Part shown: in pieces, positions 55,743 through 64,000 of the stretch | Layout of the letters: every line of letters starts with the position of its first letter | Numbering within the stretch: position 1 is the stretch's first letter | NCBI GenBank assembly: GCA_016432365.1 | Contig: CP066686.1 | Span: 691,992 to 755,991, forward strand | Source of the DNA: Candidatus Woesebacteria bacterium | GTDB lineage: Bacteria > Patescibacteriota > Microgenomatia > UBA8517 | DNA length: 64,000 nt | Direction of reading: 5' to 3' | Position numbers and translations under genes: made by a program | The notes under the pieces: generated by a model | The model's input: the letters and a program-made list of their open reading frames with translations, nothing else | What the model was told of the DNA's origin: nothing | Database searches by the model: none

Positions 55743-56435
55743 ATGAATTTCATTAAAATAATTATCAAAATAATAATCGCCATTTTGGCCGTGTTGTTTT
55801 TAATTGCTCTGTTTATCTTTATATTGGTTACAGACTTAGGTGGCTTGCAGTCATCCAAACTTAAAAATAGAGATGCTAGAAGAGCTCAAGAAATTGAAAC
55901 CATTCGTATAAACAAAAATAACTGGCAACTTTATTCTAATTCTGATCTAAAATTTTCGTTAATGATTCCAGCAGAAGCAACTGTACGCGAAGCATCCTTA
56001 GTAACTGCGGGTAGTTTTGGAGAAGATATAGATTTTGACGATAATCGAAAATTAATCATAGATACCGTGCATGGCCCTGAAAGTATTCAAATAGGTACAA
56101 TAGATAACATAAAACGTGTACGGCGTGTTCCTGTCAGTAAAGATAGAACAAATCTATACACAATTGAAAATATCTTAAACCTTCAAAGTTACCTATCTAA
56201 CAAAAAAATAACGCTAGATAGTTTTGAAAACACCAAACTACTTAAATTGAGTGATTATAGTTACTATTACCCAGGTAAAAAGCAATTATTGTTTAGAATT
56301 TCTGGAGGTAGTTCTGTCGAATGGTTTTTGAATGACAACATCTTCCCCTTTACCCATATTGATTCAGCTGAAGGTGAGCAAATCAAGCTACTTCAATTAG
56401 ATATCTTAAAAACTGTGAAGTTTTTAAATAATTAA
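55743..56435 (+). CDS. Membrane-anchored exported protein
   Basis: N-terminal TM followed by NWQLYSN...FSLMIP motif. Confidence 0.7.
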   Translation: MNFIKIIIKIIIAILAVLFLIALFIFILVTDLGGLQSSKLKNRDARRAQEIETIRINKNNWQLYSNSDLKFSLMIPAEATVREASLVTAGSFGEDIDFDDNRKLIIDTVHGPESIQIGTIDNIKRVRRVPVSKDRTNLYTIENILNLQSYLSNKKITLDSFENTKLLKLSDYSYYYPGKKQLLFRISGGSSVEWFLNDNIFPFTHIDSAEGEQIKLLQLDILKTVKFLNN

Positions 56436-56489
56436 GAAGTCTTAACCGCCGATTTGCATTTTAAATAAAGTAGTGGTTTAATACACACT

Positions 56490-57230
56490 ATGAGTCATGA
56501 AATGCGCGAAATAGGCAAGGCTAGGCACGAACTTGCGACCAAGACACCAAAATATATTCAACGGTGTGAGTTGTCGGAGGACGGAGAGAGTTTGATCTAC
56601 GATTATATGGGTTCAACTGAGTTTGAAATTGGTGATCAGGCAAAATCCTTAAATCGTATCTTTGCAAGCGGGATAACCGAATACACAGTAAATGTACCAT
56701 ATGGCGAAGATAATATTATTTTTGGTTTGGTTGCAGGGAAAGGTTTTCCTGCTGAAAAATACGTTGAAGTTATAAAGGGGTTAATAGATAGGTCTTTTTA
56801 CTTGAAAGAGCCTACCTATTTAGACCACGCAATTGACAAAAATTTTAATCCGTCTGCGTTTAAGATTCAGGACGAATTTCTTCCCCACACAAATGCTTGG
56901 TTTGATTTTACCAATGACGTTCTTTTTACAATGGATGCCGACGTTGCCGCAAATTTAAAACCAAGGCTTGAACAGATTAAAATTAAATGGGAAACACCGG
57001 AACCAAAACACATAAAAATGTTTAAAAAAGAAACTCAAAAAGTTGAACAGGCGTTAATTGACAGGGGAGTTTCGTTTATTTTCTTAGGAAATTATGCAGA
57101 TATCGACGGAGTACCACATGCTTGGCTAAACAGTACAGAATCTTACGGTTGGTTTACTCTCGAGGAGTTAAGGGCGTGGAGCGGAAAGGGAGAAGTTAAG
57201 CGTATAGAAAAACGAAAGTCAGGTAGCTAA
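56490..57230 (+). CDS. Hypothetical protein (DYMGSxEFE motif)
   Basis: 246-aa ORF. Confidence 0.7.
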   Translation: MSHEMREIGKARHELATKTPKYIQRCELSEDGESLIYDYMGSTEFEIGDQAKSLNRIFASGITEYTVNVPYGEDNIIFGLVAGKGFPAEKYVEVIKGLIDRSFYLKEPTYLDHAIDKNFNPSAFKIQDEFLPHTNAWFDFTNDVLFTMDADVAANLKPRLEQIKIKWETPEPKHIKMFKKETQKVEQALIDRGVSFIFLGNYADIDGVPHAWLNSTESYGWFTLEELRAWSGKGEVKRIEKRKSGS

Positions 57231-57276
57231 TTTTTGTAAACGCTTCTATCCAGGCTCACAAAGCTTAAAGATTATT

Positions 57277-57642
57277 TTAAAGTCCCCAACTGAATATATC
57301 TGGATCTTCGGCCATGCCGGGATTCCAAACTTCCGGAAGCATCTCAATTTCCACTTCTTTTCCAAGTCCAACTTCTGCCTTAATTTTGGTCATGGCAACA
57401 ATTTCCGGTCCGTATGGACAAAATGGGGTCGTCAATATCATTTTGAGTTTGCCTTTGCCGTTTTCATCCAAACTAAAATCCCTGACAAGTCCAAGTTGAA
57501 CAATATCGTATCCAAGTTCGGGGTCAATTACTTCAGACAATTTTGTCCGCATTTTTTCAACAAGATCGGGATTGGAATCATGTATGGCCCATTTGATTTG
57601 GTTATCTTTTTTGTTGTTTGGATTTTCAAATTCTTGCGACAT
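57277..57642 (-). CDS. DUF59/SufT-like metal-sulfur cluster assembly factor
   Basis: LSEVIDPELGYDIVQLGLV...MILTTPFCPYG...W. Confidence 0.9.
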   Translation of the reverse strand: MSQEFENPNNKKDNQIKWAIHDSNPDLVEKMRTKLSEVIDPELGYDIVQLGLVRDFSLDENGKGKLKMILTTPFCPYGPEIVAMTKIKAEVGLGKEVEIEMLPEVWNPGMAEDPDIFSWGL

Positions 57643-57644
57643 TT

Positions 57645-59036
57645 TTAAATTTTCAAAAGTCCTTTTATATACTTCTGAACACCGGCAAAATAGTTATTTA
57701 TCTGATTCTGGTCAATTTTGACTACGTACGCTTCAATCGAAAAAGTATTGGTTATCTTCTCATTTTTAGCGTCTTTAAGGAATAGTGATTTTGTATAAAT
57801 TCCGGTATTTTCGGGGGCAGCTGCTTTAAATACAATTAACCCCAGCCGGGTTGGCTCAATTTCTTGAAATGATAAAGGTTTAATCGAAAAATCAGAAGTT
57901 TCGCTTCCTATGGAAATATTATTTTGCGACCAAATAGATTGCCCCGTATTTTTGGCCAAAATAGCACCTACATATTCGGATCCGATAGGAATAATCGGTT
58001 GGGCGAATGCTGCCAAGATATCTCCTTTTGTTATTTGTTTTGGAGCACCCGCAATCTTAGAAAGATTCGAAATTGCGGTATAGAAAGAATAAAAAGATTC
58101 ATCCGCTTTTTTCCATGAAAATTGGGCAAATGGGGGATTGGGATAGTTTAAAATAAAAGGAGTAACGGCTACAACCCGGTTATCACTCCAAACATTTTTG
58201 TATGCATATATCAAGCGTGAAGTGATTAGATCTTCGGATGCGTCAACATTAGACCATCCTGTCTCGGTAATAAATACAGGCAGGTTTTTAGTTACGCCAA
58301 GAGTTTTGAGATAAGCCAGTTCCCAATCAAAAGTATCAATAGTTCCACGGCCAATGTCTGTTTCTTTGCCTGAGAATGCCGGATTGGGGTATGAATGGGA
58401 GTTCCAGCCGTCAATAAAATTAAAAACGTCAGGTTCAGCTTTTAGCATACCTCGTATGAACTTTGTTTCCTCCATTGTTTTGGCTGAATTGTTGGCTGAA
58501 GCATCAAGACCGGCCGGCAAAACAAAAAAATCGGAAGAAGCAGAATGCAGGGCCTGCGAAAACTTCTTTAAATAAGTTGCGTATGAAGCCGGATCTATTT
58601 TACCGCCCCACTCGGCGGAATGGTTGGGCTCATTGGAAATGATTACATATCTGTTTTCTATTACCCAATTTAATGAGTTTAAAAATGCTATCCAGTTGTT
58701 TATTTCCGTATCGGTTGGTATTTCCCAGGTATTGCCGTTAGCTTTGGTGGCAAGTCTTACTATCGGGATAAGGTGACCGCGTCTCATTTCGTCAAAAACC
58801 TTTTGCCACCTATCTTGGTCTCTTTCTCCTTCGGTGATAACAACTGTTACATAACCCCAGTCACCGTTAGTGTTAACAAGCTTGGCAGCATCCGGGAGGT
58901 CTTTTTCACTAAAAATATGAATCCCGAATTTATTATTTGGAACGGAAAGGGGATCGGTAATAGCCAAGGCCTTTTTTGGAGTAATAAATAAGAGAGTTAA
59001 AATCAGAATCAGGAAAATTGAAAAGTGTTTAAGCAT
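57645..59036 (-). CDS. Secreted clan GH-A glycoside hydrolase (start re-assigned to ATG 59036)
   Basis: Signal peptide; ISNEPN (acid/base), SHSYP, FITETGW (nucleophile). Confidence 0.8.
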   Translation of the reverse strand: MLKHFSIFLILILTLLFITPKKALAITDPLSVPNNKFGIHIFSEKDLPDAAKLVNTNGDWGYVTVVITEGERDQDRWQKVFDEMRRGHLIPIVRLATKANGNTWEIPTDTEINNWIAFLNSLNWVIENRYVIISNEPNHSAEWGGKIDPASYATYLKKFSQALHSASSDFFVLPAGLDASANNSAKTMEETKFIRGMLKAEPDVFNFIDGWNSHSYPNPAFSGKETDIGRGTIDTFDWELAYLKTLGVTKNLPVFITETGWSNVDASEDLITSRLIYAYKNVWSDNRVVAVTPFILNYPNPPFAQFSWKKADESFYSFYTAISNLSKIAGAPKQITKGDILAAFAQPIIPIGSEYVGAILAKNTGQSIWSQNNISIGSETSDFSIKPLSFQEIEPTRLGLIVFKAAAPENTGIYTKSLFLKDAKNEKITNTFSIEAYVVKIDQNQINNYFAGVQKYIKGLLKI

Positions 59037-59159
59037 CAAGCATTCATTGTACCAAAGTATGGAAATGGTAAGCAAAGCTTGCCACTCGGCACCGGGTGGT
59101 TCCTCGTGGTAAAATAACAGTCAAGCCCCTACAGTTTTTCTGATGGGTGAGTTAGACGA

Positions 59160-59231
59160 GCCCCTATAGCTCAACGGATAGAGCGCGCCCCTTCTAAGGG
59201 TGAAATGAAAGTTCGATTCTTTCTGGGGGCA
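59160..59231 (+). tRNA. trnR: tRNA-Arg(TCT)
   Basis: GCCCCTA/TGGGGGC, CGCCC-CTTCTAA-GGGTG, GAAAG-TTCGATT-CTTTC. Confidence 0.88.
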
Positions 59232-59235
59232 CAAA

Positions 59236-59345
59236 GTGACCTAGCTCAACGGATAAGCTGCTACGCATCTTGCTTCTCGCAAGACTCGAAGTAGAGCATG
59301 TTCTTTCTAAGGAGGAGATGAAGGTTCGATTCCCTCCAAGGGCAC
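59236..59345 (+). pseudogene. Pseudo-tRNA-Arg(TCT) with a hairpin insertion in the D-loop
   Basis: TAGCTCAACGGATA [~38-nt insert] GAGC...TTTCTAA...GGTTCGATTCC; acceptor and anticodon stems mispaired. Confidence 0.8.
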
Positions 59346-59371
59346 TTTTAGGTCCTTTTATTTGGTATAAT

Positions 59372-59458
59372 GCGGAAGTGGCGGAACTGGCAGACGCGCA
59401 GGCCTCAGAAGCTTGTGGACCTAATACGTCCTTGGAGGTTCGACTCCTCTCTTCCGCA
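59372..59458 (+). tRNA. trnL: tRNA-Leu(CAG)
   Basis: GCGGAAG/CTTCCGC, CAGGC-CTCAGAA-GCTTG, long variable arm. Confidence 0.93.
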
Positions 59459-59462
59459 CCGC

Positions 59463-59543
59463 GCGCGGGTGGCGGAATGGTATACGCGCACGCCTAAGGA
59501 GCGTGTAGAGCAATCTGTGCAGGTTCAACTCCTGTCCCGCGCA
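59463..59543 (+). tRNA. trnL: tRNA-Leu(AAG)
   Basis: GCGCGGG/CCCGCGC, CACGC-CTAAGGA-GCGTG, GCAGG-TTCAACT-CCTGT. Confidence 0.9.
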
Positions 59544-59769
59544 CTAGGAGTGACAGTGCTGTCTGCGTATTGTTGAATAGTGTCAGCTCCGGAGGAAACT
59601 ATCCCCCTTTTTAATTATGATTTCGGGCATTCACACCTCTTGCTATAGTTTTGTGAGTCTGTTTTTGTGCTTCAAAATTAAATAGTGAGTTAGGTATGGG
59701 GCGTATTTTTAGATTTTTCTGAGAAAAGGGTGTAATATTTGGGTAGTTGGTTAATTGTGAATATGTAAT

Positions 59770-60069
59770 ATGAATATTAAATGGCTTTCAATAGCTGTTG
59801 GGATTCTTCTTCTTTTGGGGATACTAAATGTCTGGACTTACGATTATTACACGATCCTTAGGTGGGCAGTTTGTGGAGTTGCTATCTATAATGCCATAGG
59901 GTATTCAAAATCCAACTTAACTGGTTGGGTTTTTATTTTTGGTGGATTAGCTTTCTTATTTAATCCACTATTTCCCGTTTATCTAAACAAAAGTTCATGG
60001 GTGGGAATCGATCTAATATCTGCAGTACTGTTCTTTTTGTCTGCAAATTCTATCAAACCTAAAAAATGA
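59770..60069 (+). CDS. DUF6804-like small membrane protein
   Basis: YDYYTILRWAVC...LAFLFNPLFPVYL.K..W..ID. Confidence 0.7.
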   Translation: MNIKWLSIAVGILLLLGILNVWTYDYYTILRWAVCGVAIYNAIGYSKSNLTGWVFIFGGLAFLFNPLFPVYLNKSSWVGIDLISAVLFFLSANSIKPKK

Positions 60070-60740
60070 GAAAATTTACAACTTCTCTATTGTTGATTAT
60101 TTCCTTGCCTTTTAGGTTGCTTAAAAAGTCTAAAATTGACAACTTTGCTGGTGGTTTAATATTTGGTGCAATATTTTCTTTAGTAGTAAATATTGTTACT
60201 GTCCAAATTCAGGAGTTAATAACTAAACAACATATTCTCGAAGCATTAGAAAACGAAATTGTAAACAATACATTAATTGCGAACACTGTCATTGAGAAGA
60301 ACACAAAATTAATTGCTGATAAATTATCCTACAATCCATTCACAAGTCTTCAATACTATTCCAACAATTTATGGACACAATCATCTGAGCCTTTGCAGTA
60401 TATCTCCCAATTAGATCAAGATACACAAATAGCCATAACTAGCTATTACACTCTATCGATACCTGCACACAATCGAATGAATGATTCTGTTGAAAAATTT
60501 GTATACCCACATCTCCAATATTGCAACAGTATTGATATGGAAAAGGGGTTGGCAGAAAAGACAGAATGTGACCTGTGGAATAATATATTATTGGATACAG
60601 AAAAATCTACAGCAGTGGCGGTGTCCACAAAAGGTTTCAAATTATTAGAGACGTTTCATCCAACAAAAGATCGTTTAAACAATTGGTTTTTAAGATTATT
60701 AATGGGTGACAAATCAACGAGAATTTTATCTGGACAATAA
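60066..60740 (+). CDS. Hypothetical membrane-anchored protein
   Basis: TM at residues ~27-46; coupled to the upstream gene. Confidence 0.7.
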   Translation: MRKFTTSLLLIISLPFRLLKKSKIDNFAGGLIFGAIFSLVVNIVTVQIQELITKQHILEALENEIVNNTLIANTVIEKNTKLIADKLSYNPFTSLQYYSNNLWTQSSEPLQYISQLDQDTQIAITSYYTLSIPAHNRMNDSVEKFVYPHLQYCNSIDMEKGLAEKTECDLWNNILLDTEKSTAVAVSTKGFKLLETFHPTKDRLNNWFLRLLMGDKSTRILSGQ

Positions 60741-60774
60741 TATTATATAATTATATGCAAGATAAAAAAACAAT

Positions 60775-61305
60775 ATGAAAGGAATTTTCAAGGGAATAAT
60801 AACAATAGCAATAGGAGGCACGATCTTCACAATAAGCCAAACAGACCTAGCAAAAAATTTTTCAAAAGAAACAGGTCTGACACAAGAGCAAGCCCAACAA
60901 TATGTTGAGAATATAAAAGATGAGGACTTAGCCTCTTTTGACAAGATAGGATCAGATTTTGTTTCTGATGGTAAAGGCATATTAAGTACTAATTCAAGCA
61001 TAGATTGTGTTAATTACACTTATGAATGGGAGTCGAGTGTGCTGACCTGTCAAAAAGGAAAATCGCAACTTGCCACGATTGGAAATGACGAAATAGCACT
61101 AGGGCAAGCATATATAAAGTTAGCTTCAGATTCTGCAACAAGAGATGACATATCTAAAGTCATTAGCCTTATTGATAGGCTTAACACAGATCTAAAGTTT
61201 GAAATTGTGACTTCTATGTTAAGTCCTCAAACGATAGATGAGATGAGAAAGTCAAATTCATACAATAAGGCACTTCTTCAAACAGCACTAGAAAGTAAAC
61301 AATAA
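60775..61305 (+). CDS. Exported hypothetical protein
   Basis: Signal-like N-terminus. Confidence 0.7.
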   Translation: MKGIFKGIITIAIGGTIFTISQTDLAKNFSKETGLTQEQAQQYVENIKDEDLASFDKIGSDFVSDGKGILSTNSSIDCVNYTYEWESSVLTCQKGKSQLATIGNDEIALGQAYIKLASDSATRDDISKVISLIDRLNTDLKFEIVTSMLSPQTIDEMRKSNSYNKALLQTALESKQ

Positions 61306-61377
61306 ATGAAATCTTTGTAACCATACTTATAAGTTAGGTTTGAGATTTTTATGAGAAAAGGGTGTAAAATTCAGTAG

Positions 61378-63330
61378 GTGGAAATCAATATGAAAATGAA
61401 AACTCCTATCCGCCTACTCCTTTACCTTTTTGCTTTCATTGCAATCGGATTTCTGATAAAACTTGGTGTTTCGTATAAAGATAGTTTTTATTATTTGCTG
61501 GCAACTTTAGTCCTTTTTATATCATTGGGGTCTCTTGTTAAAAGGGAAAGATTACCACAATTTACAGCCCCAAAATTATCCTTTAGGCTCGATGCTCGTA
61601 AAACTCTGGAAAACATAGGCTCATTCAAACCTTCAAAGGTTAAGAAAACATTATCTAAACTAAAATTATTTAGAGGTAATAACCTTTGGTTGCTTGTTGA
61701 ATTTATATTTCTATCAGTGTTGTTTGCTTACTTACTCGTATACAAGTTGCAAGATGTCCAGGATAACTCTTTTTTGGTGGCACTGGCAAAATCTACCCTT
61801 TTGTTTATAACCAAGTATAAAGTCCACACAATTGTTACTGCTATCATATTATTTGTCTTTAACTTTGTAGTAAATGTAAAATTTGTTAGAAGGAATCTCC
61901 TTATAAATCTGCTAAAATCTTTAGCTACTTCGTTCGCCGTTATTTTGGTTAGCGTCCCAACTTCGTTAATATTAGTTTTTCTATCAATATTGATTTTCTT
62001 TAATACAATTATCGCAACATCGATTATTACACCAAAATTTTTTAATATCCATACAGATAAAAACGATATTAAGCAAATCATTGACAAAAGTGATGCCAAT
62101 TTTGAATTGGTTGGAATTACACAAACTCCATCAAAAACCTTTGTTATCAATTATCCTTATTTGGGCAAAATGGGCGGTTATTTTACCAAAAACTTTGTCA
62201 TTGACTATCCAAACTTCCTACTAGTAAGTTCACCATCAATCAATCATTCTGTCTATCTGATAAAAAACACAATCGTCATCAAAGAACTCGACAAGGACAT
62301 ATTCCAAACGTTTGCCCCAACACTAATTAAAAAACTGGTCAAGAAAGATTTGTCGCCAAGATATATTAAAGACGAGCCAGAGGTTCAAATTATTTCCCGC
62401 CAAGATTACTTAAAATACCGAGAGGACCAGATCAACAAAGAGGTCGAAGAAATTGCTGGATATATAGCAGAGGCTAAAAAGGAATTGGGGTCTATCGCTT
62501 ACAATATCCAAGTAGCAAAAAACAATATCGCAACCTTACAGGGACATATCGCTACAAATACACAATATCGAGACGAAGAATGGAACTATTGTATAAGCGC
62601 AACTTACACTTACTATGGATGGTATTCAAATTACACCTACCGCCGGTATACTGATGCATATTGCCAAAGTCAGCGAGCACAGAGGGATCAGAAAAATGCT
62701 GAGTATCAAAGTGAAATATCCACAAATCAGCAAAACTTAAGCTATTATCAGTCGCAATACAATGAATTAAAGGGATATTTAGATCAATTTCAAAATTACA
62801 AAGCATTTATTGAGGCTACTAAAGATATAACCCCCTATGAGCTTGGTTTGTTTGAACCGGAAAAATCAATTAAGGTCGTTTTAGATTCTGTTGGCGACAA
62901 GAATATCTCGAACTTTTTGGAGACACTGACGCACGAATATATCCATTACACATCCTATGTTTCCGAGGAAAGAACCCTTCCACAATTTTTCGAGGAAGGT
63001 ATTACAGAATATTTAGCCAGAAAGGTGGTTACTGACCAATTACACAAAGAAACAAATCTTGGCTATCCTGTCATTGTAAAAATTATTAACGGTATGACTA
63101 AAAAGATATCAATTGGTCAATTTGAAGATATATATTTTAACAAAAGCACAGATCAACTAGAAAGTTTACTTGATGATACCTACGGCAAAAACTTTTATAA
63201 AGATACTCAATTATACTTCGCCTTGATTCCCTACTCCCCACCAGACGAAGCACTAAAATTTGCAAACAATATTATGTTTAAAATCGGAGAACCTGAACTA
63301 ACTGAAAAAGACCTCGAAAGTACTTATTAG
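61378..63330 (+). CDS. Polytopic membrane protein with coiled coil and C-terminal gluzincin (HExxH) domain
   Basis: Several TM helices; THEYIH followed by FFEEGITEY. Confidence 0.78.
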   Translation: MEINMKMKTPIRLLLYLFAFIAIGFLIKLGVSYKDSFYYLLATLVLFISLGSLVKRERLPQFTAPKLSFRLDARKTLENIGSFKPSKVKKTLSKLKLFRGNNLWLLVEFIFLSVLFAYLLVYKLQDVQDNSFLVALAKSTLLFITKYKVHTIVTAIILFVFNFVVNVKFVRRNLLINLLKSLATSFAVILVSVPTSLILVFLSILIFFNTIIATSIITPKFFNIHTDKNDIKQIIDKSDANFELVGITQTPSKTFVINYPYLGKMGGYFTKNFVIDYPNFLLVSSPSINHSVYLIKNTIVIKELDKDIFQTFAPTLIKKLVKKDLSPRYIKDEPEVQIISRQDYLKYREDQINKEVEEIAGYIAEAKKELGSIAYNIQVAKNNIATLQGHIATNTQYRDEEWNYCISATYTYYGWYSNYTYRRYTDAYCQSQRAQRDQKNAEYQSEISTNQQNLSYYQSQYNELKGYLDQFQNYKAFIEATKDITPYELGLFEPEKSIKVVLDSVGDKNISNFLETLTHEYIHYTSYVSEERTLPQFFEEGITEYLARKVVTDQLHKETNLGYPVIVKIINGMTKKISIGQFEDIYFNKSTDQLESLLDDTYGKNFYKDTQLYFALIPYSPPDEALKFANNIMFKIGEPELTEKDLESTY

Positions 63331-63334
63331 TTAG

Positions 63335-64000
63335 CTATTTAGTCGTCACAAACGTATATTCCTTACCTGTTTCCTTATCCAAACATTGGAAAGTTAATTT
63401 TTCATCAGTATTTGTAAATTTAATAACACTTTTATCAAACAAGTTGTCAATAGTGGAAGTAGAAGGATTCATTTTCGATAACCAGTCCATATAGGCTGTG
63501 GTATCCTTAGCGTCAATGGGCTTCTTGGACATATCAGAAGCTAAAGACCCTTTTACGTAGTAGATCTGGCACATTTCCAAATCTTCTTTCCAACCACCAA
63601 TGAATGCTAGTAGGGGATACTTCCCAAAATTTTTATTTTTAAATTCTTTTATAGCAGTATCTTTATCAACAACTAATTCTATAATCTGTTTTGACTTGTC
63701 CTGTTTGGCGGACCGATTTTCACCAAACAATCTATCCATGTCGACATTTAACTTTATGTATTGATCTTGCAACTTAGAGAATTTGTATGACGCAGATTCG
63801 TAATCACCTGCTACGAAATCCTTTATAACAGCATAATATGCACTCAGATAATTTTTATTATTCTGAAGTGTTTCATAGCCATAAGAATACGATTCCCTAA
63901 TTGCGTCCTCTTCTGGAAACTTAAAATCGCTTCTTGTGTATTTTTCCAATGAAGCTATCTCGCTAAAATACTTCGGATAAAGTTTTTCGGGTGAAATCGA
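63335..64000 (-). CDS. Hypothetical protein, 5'-truncated by the right window edge
   Basis: Frame remains open from 63949 to 64000. Confidence 0.7.
   Translation of the reverse strand, partial: SISPEKLYPKYFSEIASLEKYTRSDFKFPEEDAIRESYSYGYETLQNNKNYLSAYYAVIKDFVAGDYESASYKFSKLQDQYIKLNVDMDRLFGENRSAKQDKSKQIIELVVDKDTAIKEFKNKNFGKYPLLAFIGGWKEDLEMCQIYYVKGSLASDMSKKPIDAKDTTAYMDWLSKMNPSTSTIDNLFDKSVIKFTNTDEKLTFQCLDKETGKEYTFVTTK

Noticed and set aside
32876-59576. Track ORFs 32876..33271, 34806..35033, 59270..59497 and 59370..59576
   Set aside because: They overlap tRNA genes; spurious frames from GC-rich structural RNA
1-64000. Alternative genetic code (TGA recoding)
   Set aside because: Conserved genes are full length under code 11 and several end at TGA

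Overview
A 64-kb AT-rich bacterial chromosome segment read with standard code 11. The gene style points to Patescibacteria (CPR), probably Microgenomates; this is inferred from mostly leaderless genes with TATAAT 6-11 nt before the ATG, PTPTP-linker membrane proteins, an archaeal-type DRG GTPase and many ORFans. Layout: (1) 1-~9.9 kb is an integrated element with a large serine recombinase, phage/satellite-like small genes, an XRE regulator with tandem palindromic operators, a trypsin-like protease, an unannotated DUF1508 mini-gene inside a fold-back RNA, and a BtsI-like heterodimeric restriction-modification system with two MTases. (2) 10-37 kb holds accessory house-cleaning/detox enzymes (including an aminoglycoside adenylyltransferase homolog) and ORFans. 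(3) 39-44 kb is a cytochrome b5 / ferric-reductase / two-component module. (4) 45-55 kb holds modular beta-propeller surface proteins (FG-GAP and Kelch). (5) A membrane-protein island follows the tRNA cluster at 59.2-59.5 kb. There are eight intact tRNA genes. The most unusual signal is non-coding. Most tRNA loci carry small hairpin elements and partial tRNA duplications. One complete tRNA-Gly(TCC) lies inside a different, disrupted tRNA-Gly. tRNA-Pro and tRNA-Leu(TAA) share a ~100-nt covarying leader, and a tRNA-Arg copy is split in its D-loop by a related hairpin. Two paralogous stand-alone GIY-YIG nucleases, each preceded by a string of short hairpins, are candidate partners. Also notable are a rare tRNA-Leu(AAG) and boxA-plus-Shine-Dalgarno leaders seen only on a few ORFans. 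All calls are by eye; no database searches were run.
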